A stretch of DNA of 63,928 nucleotides, counting the filler, from Calcarisporiella thermophila CBS 279.70 (taxonomy: Eukaryota; Fungi; Calcarisporiellomycota), in NCBI RefSeq assembly GCF_041956535.1. It is 4 parts of 4 records of this genome, joined end to end, with 100 filler letters (N's around TTAATTAATTAA, not from the genome) between each part and the next. Parts side by side here need not be neighbours in the genome. Positions count along the whole stretch, not along the records: positions 27,072 to 50,087 come from NW_027192213.1; 3 more parts are not named here. One strand, given 5' to 3'. The translations under genes were made by a program, and so were the position numbers. Shown in pieces: positions 27,201 to 39,837 of this stretch; position 1 is the stretch's first letter; the number at the start of each line of letters is the position of its first letter. The notes beneath the pieces are model-generated. The model had not been told where the DNA came from. It ran no database searches and saw only the letters and a list, made by a program, of their open reading frames with translations.

Positions 27201-28453
27201 AAGTTATTAAGTCTCTATCACTGGAAAATTGCTTAAAGAACACTATACTCTATTTTCCCATAGTTTAAAATTGGATCCTACTATTTCAAATTACCCTTGG
27301 CATGCTGTAATCGCACACAAAAAACGTGGTTTGAACTTTGATAAAAATAGCTAAAATTAAACTTCTATTTCGGCATGAATGGAGAAACGTTCATCAAATA
27401 TAATGAAATGCTAGTTAAATAATATTTGACTAGCATTTCATATAGATATATATTATACAATATACCTTATGATTTAATTTCAATATAACTAAATTAAGTA
27501 TACTCGAATGGAAATTTTAAATCTCCGAAAACTCAATGTGAAAATTACAAATTCAATGAATACAACAAATTATAATATGTATCAGAAATTAATCGTCGGT
27601 TTACTAAACTTGCTTACTATTTTGAAATCTAATTGTAAAATATATATATTGTATTTTTATAAGATTATAAAATCGTGTTCGTGTCATTCTTTGTAAATCT
27701 CCTATTGAATGCAATTACAAATTTATTCTTGGGATTCCAGTGAGAATCAAAACAAAACAGAATTTTAATATTTACATTTGTTTAAAGCCTTTATTTAGAT
27801 TGTCTGCTATGTTTATTATAATATATGTTGGCTACTACATTTAACTCCTTGTTTATCACAGTTTTCTTCAAGTCTTCCCACGTTTCAAATCCAATTGCAT
27901 AGGATCTACAAACCTCCTATGGAAGTAATATTTGTATGAAGGTTCTGTTCTCTTCTGAATATCCCAATTGCGAGTCTAAGTTCAAGGTGGAGCTTAATTG
28001 ATTGAAAAATCTGTTCTTATAGAAAGCTTGTAAAATCCCCCGATTCATTAAAGGAGGGTGTTCAATTTAAATAATACAATAAAATAGATTATCAGTTCTA
28101 ATAAATTTGCGGGGAATAGAATGGTCAGTCTTAACTCTTTTGAGCATGGATTTTCAACAAAGCTGTGACAAAGACTTTGATAATAATGGCTTACTATACT
28201 TCGTGCTTACTACTTAGTGCAAGGCTGTTCAATAATATATTGAAATAGATACTATGTATATTTTTAGGCTTTAGTGGTTAAAGTTGAGTTAATAAGAAAG
28301 GCATTTCTTATATAAAATATACACAAGAATAAATATATGTATTGATACTAAATTAATATTCATACCCTAGAGCACCGTAAATCGAGAAAAATAGTACAAT
28401 CAGCAAATGCAAAGGAATGAAACGAAGATACCACATAGCTGAGTTTATTATAA

Positions 28454-29002
28454 CTATATTGGAGGCGGGAGTTTTAGAATTTTGTCTAGGATCAATTAGA
28501 TGAAAATAATGTCGATTAGTAAGGTTGCCCAATCGCTTTTCAATCAAATAGCATCAAGTACCTTTGTTCTGAACGGCATAAAGAAAATAGGTTACCGCAT
28601 CGATTTCCCTGACGGGCAATGCCGCAAAATGACGTTTTACAGCCTCAACTAGTTCGTCCCGAGTTGGTTTTGCTCGAGTACGAACTCGATGTATGCGTCG
28701 ATATTTTCGTAGTATGTTTATATCCATACTATTGAAATCAACCTGATTATTAGAAAGAAGACACAGAAAGATCAGCAAGCAATATCAAACTTTCGAACTC
28801 CAAGATTGCGCAAATAAGCGATTAGATGATCAACAATTTGTCTCGAAACATCAAAAAGACTACACACCAAACTTTTGCCTTCTAACCAGGGAGATTGGCT
28901 CATGTTGTTACCGTCCAATTTCTTTCGTCCAGCGGAGAGTGTGGATGAAGATATAGCTGAATTCGAAAGAACAGCTGCTTTGCTCTGCGGGGTTAAGGTC
29001 AT
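28454..29002 (-). CDS. SAP30: SAP30-like Sin3-binding subunit of histone deacetylase complex, 3 exons
   Basis: VDFNSMDINILRKYRR...DELVEAVKRHF...REIDAVTYFLYAVQNK|DKILKLP. Confidence 0.85.
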
Positions 29003-29677
29003 TGTAGAATGTGCGCATTGGAATAAAGGCGCTCTGTGATTTTCAGTATGACTGTTTAATGCTACGCCTCAAGTTTAAAATTACTTATCTTGAGAATTCC
29101 TCAAATAATTGGATGAAATTGGCATTAAGGTAAATTTACTTTTCAAATAAACTGTGTATTTCATCTTCATTTCTATAATATGACTTAAGAACTCCATGGG
29201 ATAATTTTCAATATTAAAAACTACCTCCTTAACTTGTGAGAGGTCAATATCAGTAATGATCCTTTCTCCCTCATCAATTCACCCCTCTTATTCCTGTGTC
29301 ATTCGTTTTGAATTAACCCATATTTCTGTCTAGATATGTTCTACAACCTCCGCATTATCTTTTCATTCTTTAAATGCTATGATATGAGGGAAGAAATTGA
29401 ATGGGAAATTGGATGATGGAAAATTGACTGCGTTTTGGATGTGATCGAAATTAGGGAGTGATGTCAGAAAGAATTGCATTAAGACTTGGCCATGACATCA
29501 GGGCAGGTTCGGGTACTTCATTACATTTTTTTTCTCCTTGCAGTTTATTTTTTTTTTTATATTTCCACCATCATCGCAGAGAGAGAATCTACTGAATTTT
29601 CTTGCATTCTTTTAATTCTATGATGGTTTTTATGTCCTACATTTTGGTGTGATTTTGGATTTTATGCTAGAATAACT

Positions 29678-30889
29678 ATGGTTGAACACTTTAATTCTAC
29701 ATACCTGATGCAAGACCGTCATTCCGTTCCTCCCCCCTCATTTTACAAGATTAAACCATACCAATCGCGCACACTCCTCAATATCTACCCATCGCAAATA
29801 CCTCCATCGACTGTTTCTTCTTCAACACCTTCAACTCAGATAACTGCAATCTCAGAGGCGGTCGAGAACACAATACCTGTTGCACCACCGGCGAAAGAAA
29901 GCGAGAATAATTTTACGCAAACTTCTCTAACTAACACAGCTACCACAGAAGCATTGGATATTCCCGTTATTTCACCTAATATCTCTGTGGCTAGCACCTC
30001 CCATGCATCCAAACCTGCGGCAATTGACGGCGAAGGATTCACGGTACCGGCGAAATATTCGACCATGAGCAGGTCGACTACATCCATGCAAGCTGTACCG
30101 GGCGCCGCAGCAAGTGACGGAACATCCGCTGTAATACCTCCTCAGCAAACCATGCTTACTTATCCAGATGTAGCATACATGATGTTAGCAGATGTTTATC
30201 GTAATATACCATCCGCTTCAAGTGCCTCTGCAGATCGCAGTATAAATCAACGAAGGATTGCTCTCCCAATGCTTTCAATGGAACCCTCAATTCCTACCAC
30301 CTCGATTAACACTAGTTCAGTGTCTTCACAGCCACAATTGCCTTCTGTACAAATGTTTGAGCCAGCTCTTCCTCCGGCTACACAAACGCATTCAAACATA
30401 TCTACTTTTGCCGCATCTAGCATAATCGATGGACACACCTTACCCTCATCTTCCTCTCCCCTACCTCCTCCTCCCGCTATTGCGCCTGTGTCATCGGCAT
30501 ATCGGATTGCTGAAGACTACAGTAAACAAAGGCGAGATAGCAGCTGCAGCAGTGAAACAGATAATGAGCAGCTACAAAAACAATGGACTTTCATAAGTTT
30601 GCCTGGAATCAATATCCGTAAACGCCCTCGGCGGAAATTTGAAGAGATAGAGCGCAATTACGCATGTAATTGGCCTGGCTGCACCAAGGCTTATGGGACT
30701 TTGAATCATTTAAATGCCCATATCCATATGCAAGGTCATGGGGAAAAACGGCATCCTTCTGGTAAAAATTTTCTACATCTTCTTCCAAGTGAAATATTTT
30801 AAGATAAACCGAAACTTTTTCCTTTTCTTTTTGCAACAGAATTTAAAGAGATGCGAAAGTTGTGGCGAGAACGCAAGAAAATGAAATAG
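29678..30889 (+). CDS. Con7-like C2H2 zinc-finger transcription factor, 2 exons
   Basis: RKRPRRKFEEIERNYACNWPGCTKAYGTLNHLNAHIHMQGHGEKRHPS|EFKEMRKLW, preceded by a long P/S/T-rich region. Confidence 0.88.
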
Positions 30890-32028
30890 TTTATTATTGT
30901 GTACCTTCATTCTAAGCTATTTCGTTCTTATTTTTACACATAGTTTTCTTTTTTTTATTATTGTAAATATTAGAATTCGCCACCTTTGCCTAAGTTACCC
31001 TTTCTATTATGGGATAACAAAATAGCTTTAGTGACAGAATATAAATTCGGTTTACTCATAATTGTTCCTCTTCACCAAATATCTGATCTTTGCTATTAAT
31101 TTTCGACCATTTTCATCGGTCTTTCCTAAGTTTCGCCCAAATTGGTTTGCCACCAGGGTCTTAGCGATATGCCCAATCGATATTCGCGTAACTCCGCATT
31201 AACTTCTTTTTTAAACGATCTTGTCTCTCCTGGAATTTTTAAATTGCAGATTTTTTATTAAGTGTACGTCGCAAATTTATGTCCTTATAACTTGCGCAAA
31301 ATTAAGAATTAGCGTATTAGAATCGGCGCAATTTCTCTTACAATAGTATACTATTGTAAAGGGAGATTGCATTGAATTGACACGTAATATGAAATTACTA
31401 AATTGAAATTTTGACCAGTTTGAAAAAAAAAAGTGAATACAGAATGAAGGCACTAAAAGTCTTATATGAATGATTGGGATGTATTTTGTTAATCTGTTTC
31501 AAAGCAATCAAACCATTTGAATTTCTAAAAGGATTTATAATAGCATTGAGAAGCATTTTAAGAATTTTAATTACCATAATAATAATCTCCTTGAACCCAA
31601 AAAACGATATAGTAAAAGTCTAATATTATATAATTTCTTTTCGCGAATATTTTGTTAACTCGCCTTAATTTCCTAATGCGATGTTAATTGTTTAAACTAT
31701 TTTTTCTTAAAATTAGTTTTATACTGTAATTGTGTCATGAGTACTGCAATTACAATTTTGAATTTTTCTATGATTTACACTTCAATACTTTAATAAGTTA
31801 AATGTGGGGGGTAGGTTTGTACAATCAATAAACAGCAGCGATGGATATACATAATTATATATTTATATAGTATGTACAAACCTATCTTGATAAGTGCCCT
31901 ACCTAATTCAAAAGTTATACATCGAAATACCAAGGAGAAATGTGCATATTATACTATATGGGATAATATTATAACACAGGATGGTGTGTCGAAAATATTC
32001 ACAAAATGTTCAGAGAAAAAGGTTATAC

Positions 32029-33113
32029 TTATTCCACAAATACACTTAGGATGTCCGAGAGCGAGACGCAGCCCATTGGAGCATCATTTGCATCCACAAC
32101 CCAGGCGTGGTGTGCTCCTTGTCTCATCATGCCACCCATTATCTGGCTGAGTGTGAAACCCTCACGACAGAAGAGGGGCATTGGCAAGTTATCCCCCTGA
32201 GAAAATTCAAGAAACATCATTACGGGGCGGAAGAGATCCCCTACGCGATTGCGATTTAAACCACGCAATTTTTCCAGTGATAGCTCGGCAACTACCTCTC
32301 CTCTTTCACCTCCAAGCCTGTCAACTTCTCCGGGAATATTGTGATTGCACTTGCTTACCAGTGCAATAGCTCCAACTTTTTCCTGCCGCATCCTTGCGAA
32401 GGCTGACCATGCTGTTGTATAAACATCAGCCACAACTGGATGCGCCAAAAGATTATTACGCCACTGCTCATGTTCAGTTTCCAAGTTAGAAAGGCCTCCA
32501 TTCAACTTAAGTGCATAGTTTACGACACTGTTGGCGGGCATGTCTAGTATTCTGCCTAGCATATGATTATTACGAAACAAGTAACGCATCACATCCATCT
32601 GAGACACAAGACGTGGGGGATCGATATCAACAAGCACGCGATGTATGCGTCGGTATGTCATGAGATTAAGAAGGGATGGAAGCGAATCGTTAAGTGAGAC
32701 GGTGTGTAGCTTTGTGCTCTTCGGTAGACACTCAATGACATCTCGAAGTGGTTGGACAAGAAAGTCGGAACTGAGGAGAACTTCGGAGCCATTTTCAAGC
32801 CGAAGCGTTGGCTGTATTTAAAATTCTGTAGTCATTAGATAAATTCAGTATCAATAGAGAAGATAAAGTAAGTGACCTGCATCAGAGTAAAGTCAGCCAG
32901 CGCTGCTATATCGATCATTGCATGATAAATTTTAGGAGTTTTTCCAGGCGTATAAACCGGAAAAGAGGATATATCATTTGTAATGAGAATATCAAACGCC
33001 TCTTCCACAGTCGAAAACTCGGAAAGATCAATCAGCTCATTTGTAGTTGAGAGCAAATCCTCAACAGTCTTTGAATGAATGAAAGTGCGATAGTTTGGAG
33101 CTGCGTCAGGCAT
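32029..33113 (-). CDS. CBS-domain protein (Sds23/AMPK-gamma-like), 2 exons
   Basis: STVEEAFDILITNDISSFPVY, RIHRVLV...LVSQMDVMRYL, HHAWVVDANDAPMGCVSLSDILSVF. Confidence 0.85.
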
Positions 33114-33822
33114 GTCCGCTTATTTCAATCGCTACGAAGTTGAGAATTCCAGGTGATCAAGTGTCAAAATTTTCTCATTAAAATTGTCTGCTTTGCCACA
33201 GAATGATTTTAACTGTTAATAAATAATAAAAAATTACCATTCTAAAATCTGAAGTATTGCCTAAAAGATAAGTTTTCCCTTCGCGCTCTCCAATCAAATA
33301 AAATTTCATATTTTATTATCCATATAGCAGAATTAATTTCTCTGAAAACATCAAACTACAAGCACTTACATGAAAACAAGTGAGTCAATAAAGAGCTGCT
33401 AGCCCCAGCGATTCATTGCACTGAGAGTATCGACTCTGTCGGACCAAAAATTCCAGGACAGGCCCGAAGGACAGTTAGCAAATAGAGAGTGGAAAGTGAG
33501 TGGATGGACGTTATTGACATATGTATATTTCAAGAACCATGGGGCAAGCGTTGCTGCAGTTTAGTGTCGAGGAAGAATGAGTCCAAGTTCACTCACTACC
33601 TGTATTTCGGCTAGCATTTTGAGACTAATTTGATGATCGCATCCATATGAACTGCTCTACAAATCTACCTTCTTTCCCTTGAAAATATTCAGGCAGACGA
33701 ACCATGGAGGCGATATATCATATTCGAGTAGCGAGTCGAGAATCAATAGAGTATACTTTCTATGGGAAGGGTGAGATTTTGGATCCTCTATGTACGGATT
33801 GTCTACCTCAAACGGGTATATA

Positions 33823-34430
33823 ATTTTTCACAAAGAACCTTTAGAGAAAAGTATCTGTCTTATTAAAAAGAAAGGATAGCTTCTACGCCAAGATCACCCG
33901 GGTGATGCGCCAGCCTTTCTTGAAGTAGTATACAATGAGCTCTACAAAAAGCCCGACCGGTGAAAACTGCTAGAAAACGTATAAAAACATGTAGAAAATA
34001 TGGAGGACGTTCGCGGTCCCTTAAATTTTTACAAAATTTTCACCCATTTTTCATAATATTTATAATGGGAGAAATGTTTACAGATTATGGTGAAATTGTT
34101 GAAAATACATAGGGAATCGCGAACGTCCTCCATCTTTTCTACATGTTTCTATACGTTTTCTAGCAGTTTTCACCGGACGGGTTTTTTGTAGGGGAGAAGA
34201 AAGTAGATAGATTGTTAAAGTATATTGATATGAATGGTTGAGAGTATAAAATAGCAAAAGATAGGTAGAAAACTTTCCCTTACTTTCCCAAATCATTTGT
34301 AATGAAGAGAGCAAAGGTGCTGAAAGCGGACAACAATTGCTGTCGCAGTAATAGATGTTAAAGCCCATTTTTCGCCGGGACTACCGGAAGCTTTTGCTCT
34401 AATTTTTTCCTTGCTGGTTTGTCTTTTGAG
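33823..34430 (-). mobile_element. old diverged copy of the L1/HAL1-like 3' region, interrupted by a MITE
   Basis: Colinear with 37494-37830: CTTCTACG..AA.ATCACC.GGGT, GCCT..CTTGAAGT, GAGAGCAAAGGTGCTGAAAG and GGGACTAC..G..GCTTTTGC all match. Confidence 0.75.
33940..34193. mobile_element. MITE with long (~100 bp) terminal inverted repeats, CACTA/EnSpm-like ends, 3-bp TSD GAG
   Basis: C(T)CTACAAAAA..CCGGTGAAAACTGCTAGAAAACGTATA..AACATGTAGAAAA.ATGGAGGACGTTCGCG is mirrored at the right end, which finishes TTTTTTGTAGGG. GAG flanks at 33937-33939 and 34194-34196. Confidence 0.85.
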
Positions 34431-35239
34431 CGGGCAAAATAGGGAGGATAATATCAAACTTTATGTTTTCGGCATCGTATTTTTTTTTATTGTTTTGGAC
34501 TCTTTATAGCTCTATGTAGTTAAGGGATAGGATGGACTGCTACACCGAAATCGCCTACGTTACACTACTGGCCTACCCTTGATATATCCAAGAAAATTAA
34601 TGGAGGATTTGGGAGAACATAAATACACCCGGGTAGCATCATCTTTATTAATCAAGCCAAGAGAATCACTATTAAAAAGTATCCTTATCCATATTTAATA
34701 ATAGAAAGTGATAAAAAACAGAAAGAAAAGAATCCATACAGTAAGTAGGGGATGAGAAGAGAATGCCACATATACTTCATATTAATTCGATTAGAAAGCA
34801 AAGTAGAAAATATATGTGAAACACAAGAAAGAACAAGGAGAAAAAAATAATAGAATAAAATTTGTAATAATGTGTAAGATAAAGGAAGGAGAAGTTAGAT
34901 CGCTAAATCCAGGAAAGGAGAAGGTGAGGGGAATAGTGTATTCTGTATAGTCGTATAGGAGTTTGATATTTCGTCTTCTTGGACCTGTATCCATCTTCCT
35001 CTACACCAAAGCTCTTAGAAATATTCTTTTTTATCATATATGGACGCGGACTCACACTTGGAACTCACAATTTTTTGCAACTTATATCCTAGTTGTTTAA
35101 CGAGTGCTTCGCTTGGTTGAACATTGTCCGTTATGATCGTTAATCTTGATCGATATATGATACGCCGTGTAGCATCATCAAATATACTGTCGGAACTTCC
35201 CCGTGATTTGAACCACCTAGTATCTTTTTCTCCTTTGGC

Positions 35240-35620
35240 CGGCTTTATACGGCCTCTATTAACTCGAATTTTCCCCTCATGTCTTCTAGCTGGTAGGTTG
35301 ACAACGGCATTAACCTCTTAATGCGGTAAGGGCCTATCCATGGATACTCGAACTTTTGTCTTATTTTGAACCGTAAATACTGGATCACCTTCTTTGAACG
35401 TGCGGCTTAACATCCTTATTAAACTGTAGTCTCGATCGTTCAGCTGTGTCTTTCGCTATTTCCTCTAGGCATCGCGCGGTTTATTCCTTACTGTCCTCGG
35501 GTGAGTCCTCCCATAAGAATGATGGTGTGGTATCCCTAGGAATACAAGATTCACGCCCATAAACAAGGTAGAATGGCTTGTACTTAGTAGTGGAGTGTGC
35601 ACATATACGACAGGCAAATG
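35240..35620 (-). pseudogene. degenerate Ty3/gypsy integrase C-terminal remnant
   Basis: FACRICAHSTTKYKPFYLVYGRESCIP, FKEGDPV and YPWIGPYRIKR (GPY/F motif), with frameshifts. Confidence 0.8.
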
Positions 35621-35629
35621 AGTTCTTAA

Positions 35630-35953
35630 TTGTTTTTATTTAACAAAGGCTCTTTATTGAAAAGTCTCCTGAAAAAGATAAAGGCGGGGTAAACTTCTAC
35701 GTCACCCAGATAATGCACCTGGCCCGCCTTGCTAATGCCGAGAAAGATACAGAATACGAAGAATTATATGTGGAAGAGTTTAATTGACCTATTTTACTAC
35801 ATTTCGGAGAAGTTGTAACGAAGTAGCTTATAGCTCAGTTCCTAGAGTATGTCCCTGTCACATCTTTAGTACTGGTGCCGTCATCGGGAATTGAACCCAG
35901 CACACAGTGGTTAAGCTCCGGGGGTTCTTAACCATATGCAATCCAATATCGGC
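35630..35953 (-). mobile_element. tRNA-derived SINE family 2 with L1-type 3' tail
   Basis: Minus-strand head GCCG...GGTTAAG...GGGTTCAATTCCCG.TGACGGCACCA. Body shared with 39458-39765. 3' end AGGAGACTTTTCAATAAA plus A-rich tail. Confidence 0.75.
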
Positions 35954-35964
35954 AATAAGTTCAT

Positions 35965-37126
35965 TGTTACGGGCGAAAGGAGGTTTGTGTGGATGGGTGT
36001 CCGAATCTTGATAAAAGTGAGATTTATCTTAATAATTCAGTGAAATGGTGTCGAACATTAAAAAAAACTGAAGGGTTTAAATAGAATTGTGAACAAAGGA
36101 GGATAACTCTCACTGGTGTTCACAGATGAGATAGATAAGATAACAAAGTATCAATCAACATCAACAAGGTAGTCATGAGGGAGCATAAGAGTAACCACGA
36201 GGCCGGCGAGTAACTACGAGGGGTCGGCAACGTAGCGGAAATCAATTCAATGGCTGCTCTACTTGAAAGATATCGCGCTTCCTGAATGTTCNNNNNNNNN
36301 NNNNNNNNNNNNNNNNNNNNNNNNNNNNNNNNNNNNNNNNNNNNNNNNNNNNNNNNNNNNNNNNNNNNNNNNNNNNNNNNNNNNNNNNNNNNNNNNNNNN
36401 NNNNNNNNNNNNNNNNNNNNNNNNNNNNNNNNNNNNNNNNNNNNNNNNNNNNNNNNNNNNNNNNNNNNNNNNNNNNNNNNNNNNNNNNNNNNNNNNNNNN
36501 NNNNNNNNNNNNNNNNNNNNNNNNNNNNNNNNNNNNNNNNNNNNNNNNNNNNNNNNNNNNNNNNNNNNNNNNNNNNNNNNNNNNNNNNNNNNNNNNNNNN
36601 NNNNNNNNNNNNNNNNNNNNNNNNNNNNNNNNNNNNNNNNNNNNNNNNNNNNNNNNNNNNNNNNNNNNNNNNNNNNNNNNNNNNNNNNNNNNNNNNNNNN
36701 NNNNNNNNNNNNNNNNNNNNNNNNNNNNNNNNNNNNNNNNNNNNNNNNNNNNNNNNNNNNNNNNNNNNNNNNNNNNNNNNNNNNNNNNNNNNNNNNNNNN
36801 NNNNNNNNNNNNNNNNNNNNNNNNNNNNNNNNNNNNNNNNNNNNNNNNNNNNNNNNNNNNNNNNNNNNNNNNNNNNNNNNNNNNNNNNNNNNNNNNNNNN
36901 NNNNNNNNNNNNNNNNNNNNNNNNNNNNNNNNNNNNNNNNNNNNNNNNNNNNNNNNNNNNNNNNNNNNNNNNNNNNNNNNNNNNNNNNNNNNNNNNNNNN
37001 NNNNNNNNNNNNNNNNNNNNNNNNNNNNNNNNNNNNNNNNNNNNNNNNNNNNNAGATCGCGCTTCCTGAACGTCTATGTGACTGCCTCTGTGACTTCACT
37101 GTACAAAAACCAATTTTCTTGTAACA
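35965..37126 (+). mobile_element. LTR family D sequence(s) spanning an assembly gap (probably two copies)
   Basis: Starts TGTTACG and ends GTAACA. ATCGCGCTTCCTGAA occurs on both sides of the gap. The reverse complement of the right end matches 49898 (TTGGTTTTT.GTAC.G.GAAGTCAC..A.GCAGTCAC). Confidence 0.7.
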
Positions 37127-37130
37127 ATTT

Positions 37131-37478
37131 TGTTGAGTCGAATATTGGTCTAATAAGGTTCTATCCAGCAATCCCTTAGCTATCCCTAAGCTCTCGATTG
37201 CTCTTTCCCAAACACTTCAGAAGACTAGTAAACGACACAAGATGGTGGTAGTGTAATCGGATTTATCCAAACTAAACAGCACACTTTTATTGTAAACTAA
37301 TGATATACTCTTTTTATACTAAAGATAATGTAGCACAGATATAAATAGAAACAAGATTATCATGAAGATATAAATGAGATAATCAAGTAATCTAGAGATA
37401 AAAGATAGTTGTGATACTCAATATACCACTAAAACTACCTAAAGATAAGCATATAAAGATAAGTATCTAATCTAAAGA
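37131..37478 (+). mobile_element. diverged LTR family A copy, cut by the HAL1-like insertion
   Basis: TGTTGAGTCGAATAT..GTCTAATAAGG...AGCTATCCCTAAGCTCT...AAACACTTCAGAAGACTA.TAAACGACACAAGATGGTGG matches LTR-A. Separated from the LTR-D end by 4 bp (ATTT). Confidence 0.85.
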
Positions 37479-37493
37479 TAATTGTCTAAATCT

Positions 37494-38916
37494 TTTTTTT
37501 TTTCAACTAAGAAAACTTTTTATTGAAAAGTCTCCTGTTCAGTTAAAACTGTAGGGTAACTTCTACGTCAAAATCACCTGGGTACTGCCCCCAGCCTACC
37601 TTGAAGTGGTTTACAAATAAGAAGAAGGTAGATAAATTGTTAGAGTCGGTTGATTTGAATGCTTGAGTATATAAGATAATGAAATGTAGCTAGATAATTT
37701 TTTTCTTTACTCTCGCATACAGTTTGATATGCAGAGAGCAAAGGTGCTGAAAGAGAATGACATTTACTGTCTCTGTAATATATATCTAAGCTCATGTTCC
37801 ATTGGGACTACTGGCCGCTTTTGCCTTAGGGAGGCTCTTGGTCTTTAAGGGGCTCTTGTTCTTTGATGGGCTTTTTGGCCTAGAGATAGTTTTCCGTGTT
37901 GGATGGTCGATCCGCGTAGGACTGAAGTCGAACTTCATATTCTTTTGGGATGCAAGGAATTCTTGCAGGTTCACCGTTTTGATTTCGGGACTCCTCTTGG
38001 CTGGCACAGTGGATAGTTCAAAACCGGTTATTTCGCTGAATACTTTGGATCCTAGGGGGATGGTATTAGGTGTGTTTGTCTGATGAGTACTGGATGTTTT
38101 GCTGGTATCTTCCTGTTTCTTCTCTGACTTCTCCGTCTCGCTGTCTGTATTCATTCTGTCTGGCGTGGCTTCGCGATTGAGCGGGGTAGGAGTTTGGACG
38201 GGTTTATATTCTTGATGCTGCTTGTTCTTCTTTGGACTTTCTACGCGTATGTGGCCAGGAGTCTTACAGTAATTGCACACTGGAGCAGATCCTCTCTAAG
38301 AAAGGATTATTTGGTCCTCATCGATGGCCAATTGGCGAGGTAGGATATTTCCCAAAGGTTCCGGGGTCTCCGGGTTCGGTTCGAGTATGGCATAGCAGTG
38401 GTCTTGCAACCACCCTGTGTTGCCGTAATATTGAAAGTCGATCTGGATGACTCTGGCAAACTTGGACAAGGCTGCTTCCAATTTCACTCTGAGAGTTTCC
38501 TCTTCCTGACCGAGGAGGTCATTAATTCTGACGTTTAGTACTCTCTGGGAGTTGGAGATTGTCTTAAAACACGGAACCTTCCGATCATTCGCGTAAAAAC
38601 CTTCTTTGATTAGTTCATGAATGTCCACTTCATTCCGGAATGCGAGAATGATGGTCTTGGACTGTCCCAGGATCTTGATAGCTGCTACTCGTTTTTGATA
38701 CTTCTCATACAGTAGCTTTACTGCCTCTTGGGATTAGAACTCAAAGCGCGAGAACTTGAATGTAACCTAGTTTTTGAAAGAGGATCTCGGCGGGCTTGTG
38801 TTAAAATTCTCCAGGGTAGGTTTCTCGCCTGGGCCTTTGGTTTTCTGGGTGCATACTACGCGTAAGGCATCCGCGTAGGATGGATGGATATCAGGGGGAA
38901 CGCTGGTCATCCGGTC
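37494..38916 (-). mobile_element. HAL1-like (ORF1-only) non-autonomous L1-clade element, pseudogenised
   Basis: 15-bp TSD TAATTGTCTAAATCT (37479-37493 and 38917-38931) and poly(A) tail. ORF1 begins MTSVPPDIHPSYADAL and contains LS*RGSAPVCNYCKTPGHIRVESP (degenerate CCHC knuckle). No ORF2 lies between ORF1 and the tail. Confidence 0.85.
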
Positions 38917-38932
38917 TAATTGTCTAAATCTA

Positions 38933-39442
38933 TTTTTTTTTAACAAAGGACCTTTATTGAAAAGTGTCCTATCCTGTTAAAAAGGTAGGGTAGTTTCTAC
39001 GTCAAAATTACCCAGGTATTGCTCCTGGCCTACCTTGCAGAATTTGGAGGATAGAAGGAAAAAGAAAGAAAGGAAGAAAATGATAAAGTGTAAGAGGAAG
39101 AGAGAATAGGTGATGAGGAAAGAGCTAGGAAAGTATGGAAACAGCAATTAGCTTAAAAAAGAAGTGGATAGGAATAACTGTAAGAGGGGGGATAAAAGTT
39201 GTGTGCAATGGTATTAAGATAGGCTGCTTATGTACATGAATTAACGAAAAGAAGTGAAGGATTGAAAAAGTAAAGGAAGAGGAAAGGAGAAAGAAAAAAA
39301 AGAAAAAAAAAGAAAGAGTATGGAAAAGAAGGATAGAGGAGATGGTATTAATATTCAGCAGTGAGGGGTTGGGTGCAGTTCTCAAGCCGGAGTTGGGGCT
39401 GGGATTTGATCTTCAGAGGTGTCCTGGATGAAAATCACAGTC
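38933..39442 (-). mobile_element. 5'-truncated LINE 3' end (same tail family as the HAL1-like element)
   Basis: Poly(T) on the + strand followed by CTTTATTGAAAAGTGTCCT...TTCTACGTCAAAAT.ACC..GGTA.TGC.CC..GCCTACCTTG, matching 37520-37603. Pyrimidine-rich 3' UTR. Confidence 0.75.
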
Positions 39443-39457
39443 GTGTTCTTGTTTGCT

Positions 39458-39765
39458 TTTTTTTTTGAGATTGAGGGACCTTTTATTGAAAAGTCTCCTA
39501 TACAAGTTAAATGAAAGGATTTGCACGCTATTTCTAACGCTCAACCATTGCTTACATGTATTTCTTCTGACAAATCACTATATTAAACGTATTTCTTTGT
39601 TTTTCTGAGGACGATCAATAGCAAATTATTAAGAACGAAGTAGCTTATAGCTCGATTCCTAGAGTATGTTCCGGATCCATCTCTAGTACAGGTGCCGTCG
39701 CCGGAAATCGAACCCAGCACACATTGGTTAAGCCCCAGGGCTCTTAAACACTGTGCCATCCAGAT
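39458..39765 (-). mobile_element. tRNA-derived SINE family 2 copy
   Basis: 15-bp TSD GTGTTCTTG(T/G)TTGCT at 39443-39457 and 39766-39780. Head TGGCACAGTG...GGGTTCGATTTCC..CGACGGCACC. Tail AGGAGACTTTTCAATAAA plus poly(A). Confidence 0.85.
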
Positions 39766-39837
39766 GTGTTCTTGGTTGCTCTCCGATATATCCAAGCCTC
39801 TATCGGAAATCCTTATGCTTACTTTCCTCGAAGTAAT

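Noticed and set aside
27404-27440. 17-bp AT-rich inverted repeat TGAAATGCTAGTTAAAT/ATTTGACTAGCATTTCA
   Set aside because: Single copy with no TSD or associated feature; cannot assign a function.
34620-35060. Purine-rich tract with a possible L1 ORF2 C-terminal remnant on the minus strand
   Set aside because: Plausible given the context but too degenerate to call.
36242-37179. Long ORFs full of X, also at 46638-47348 and 62530-62736
   Set aside because: Artefacts of reading through assembly gaps.
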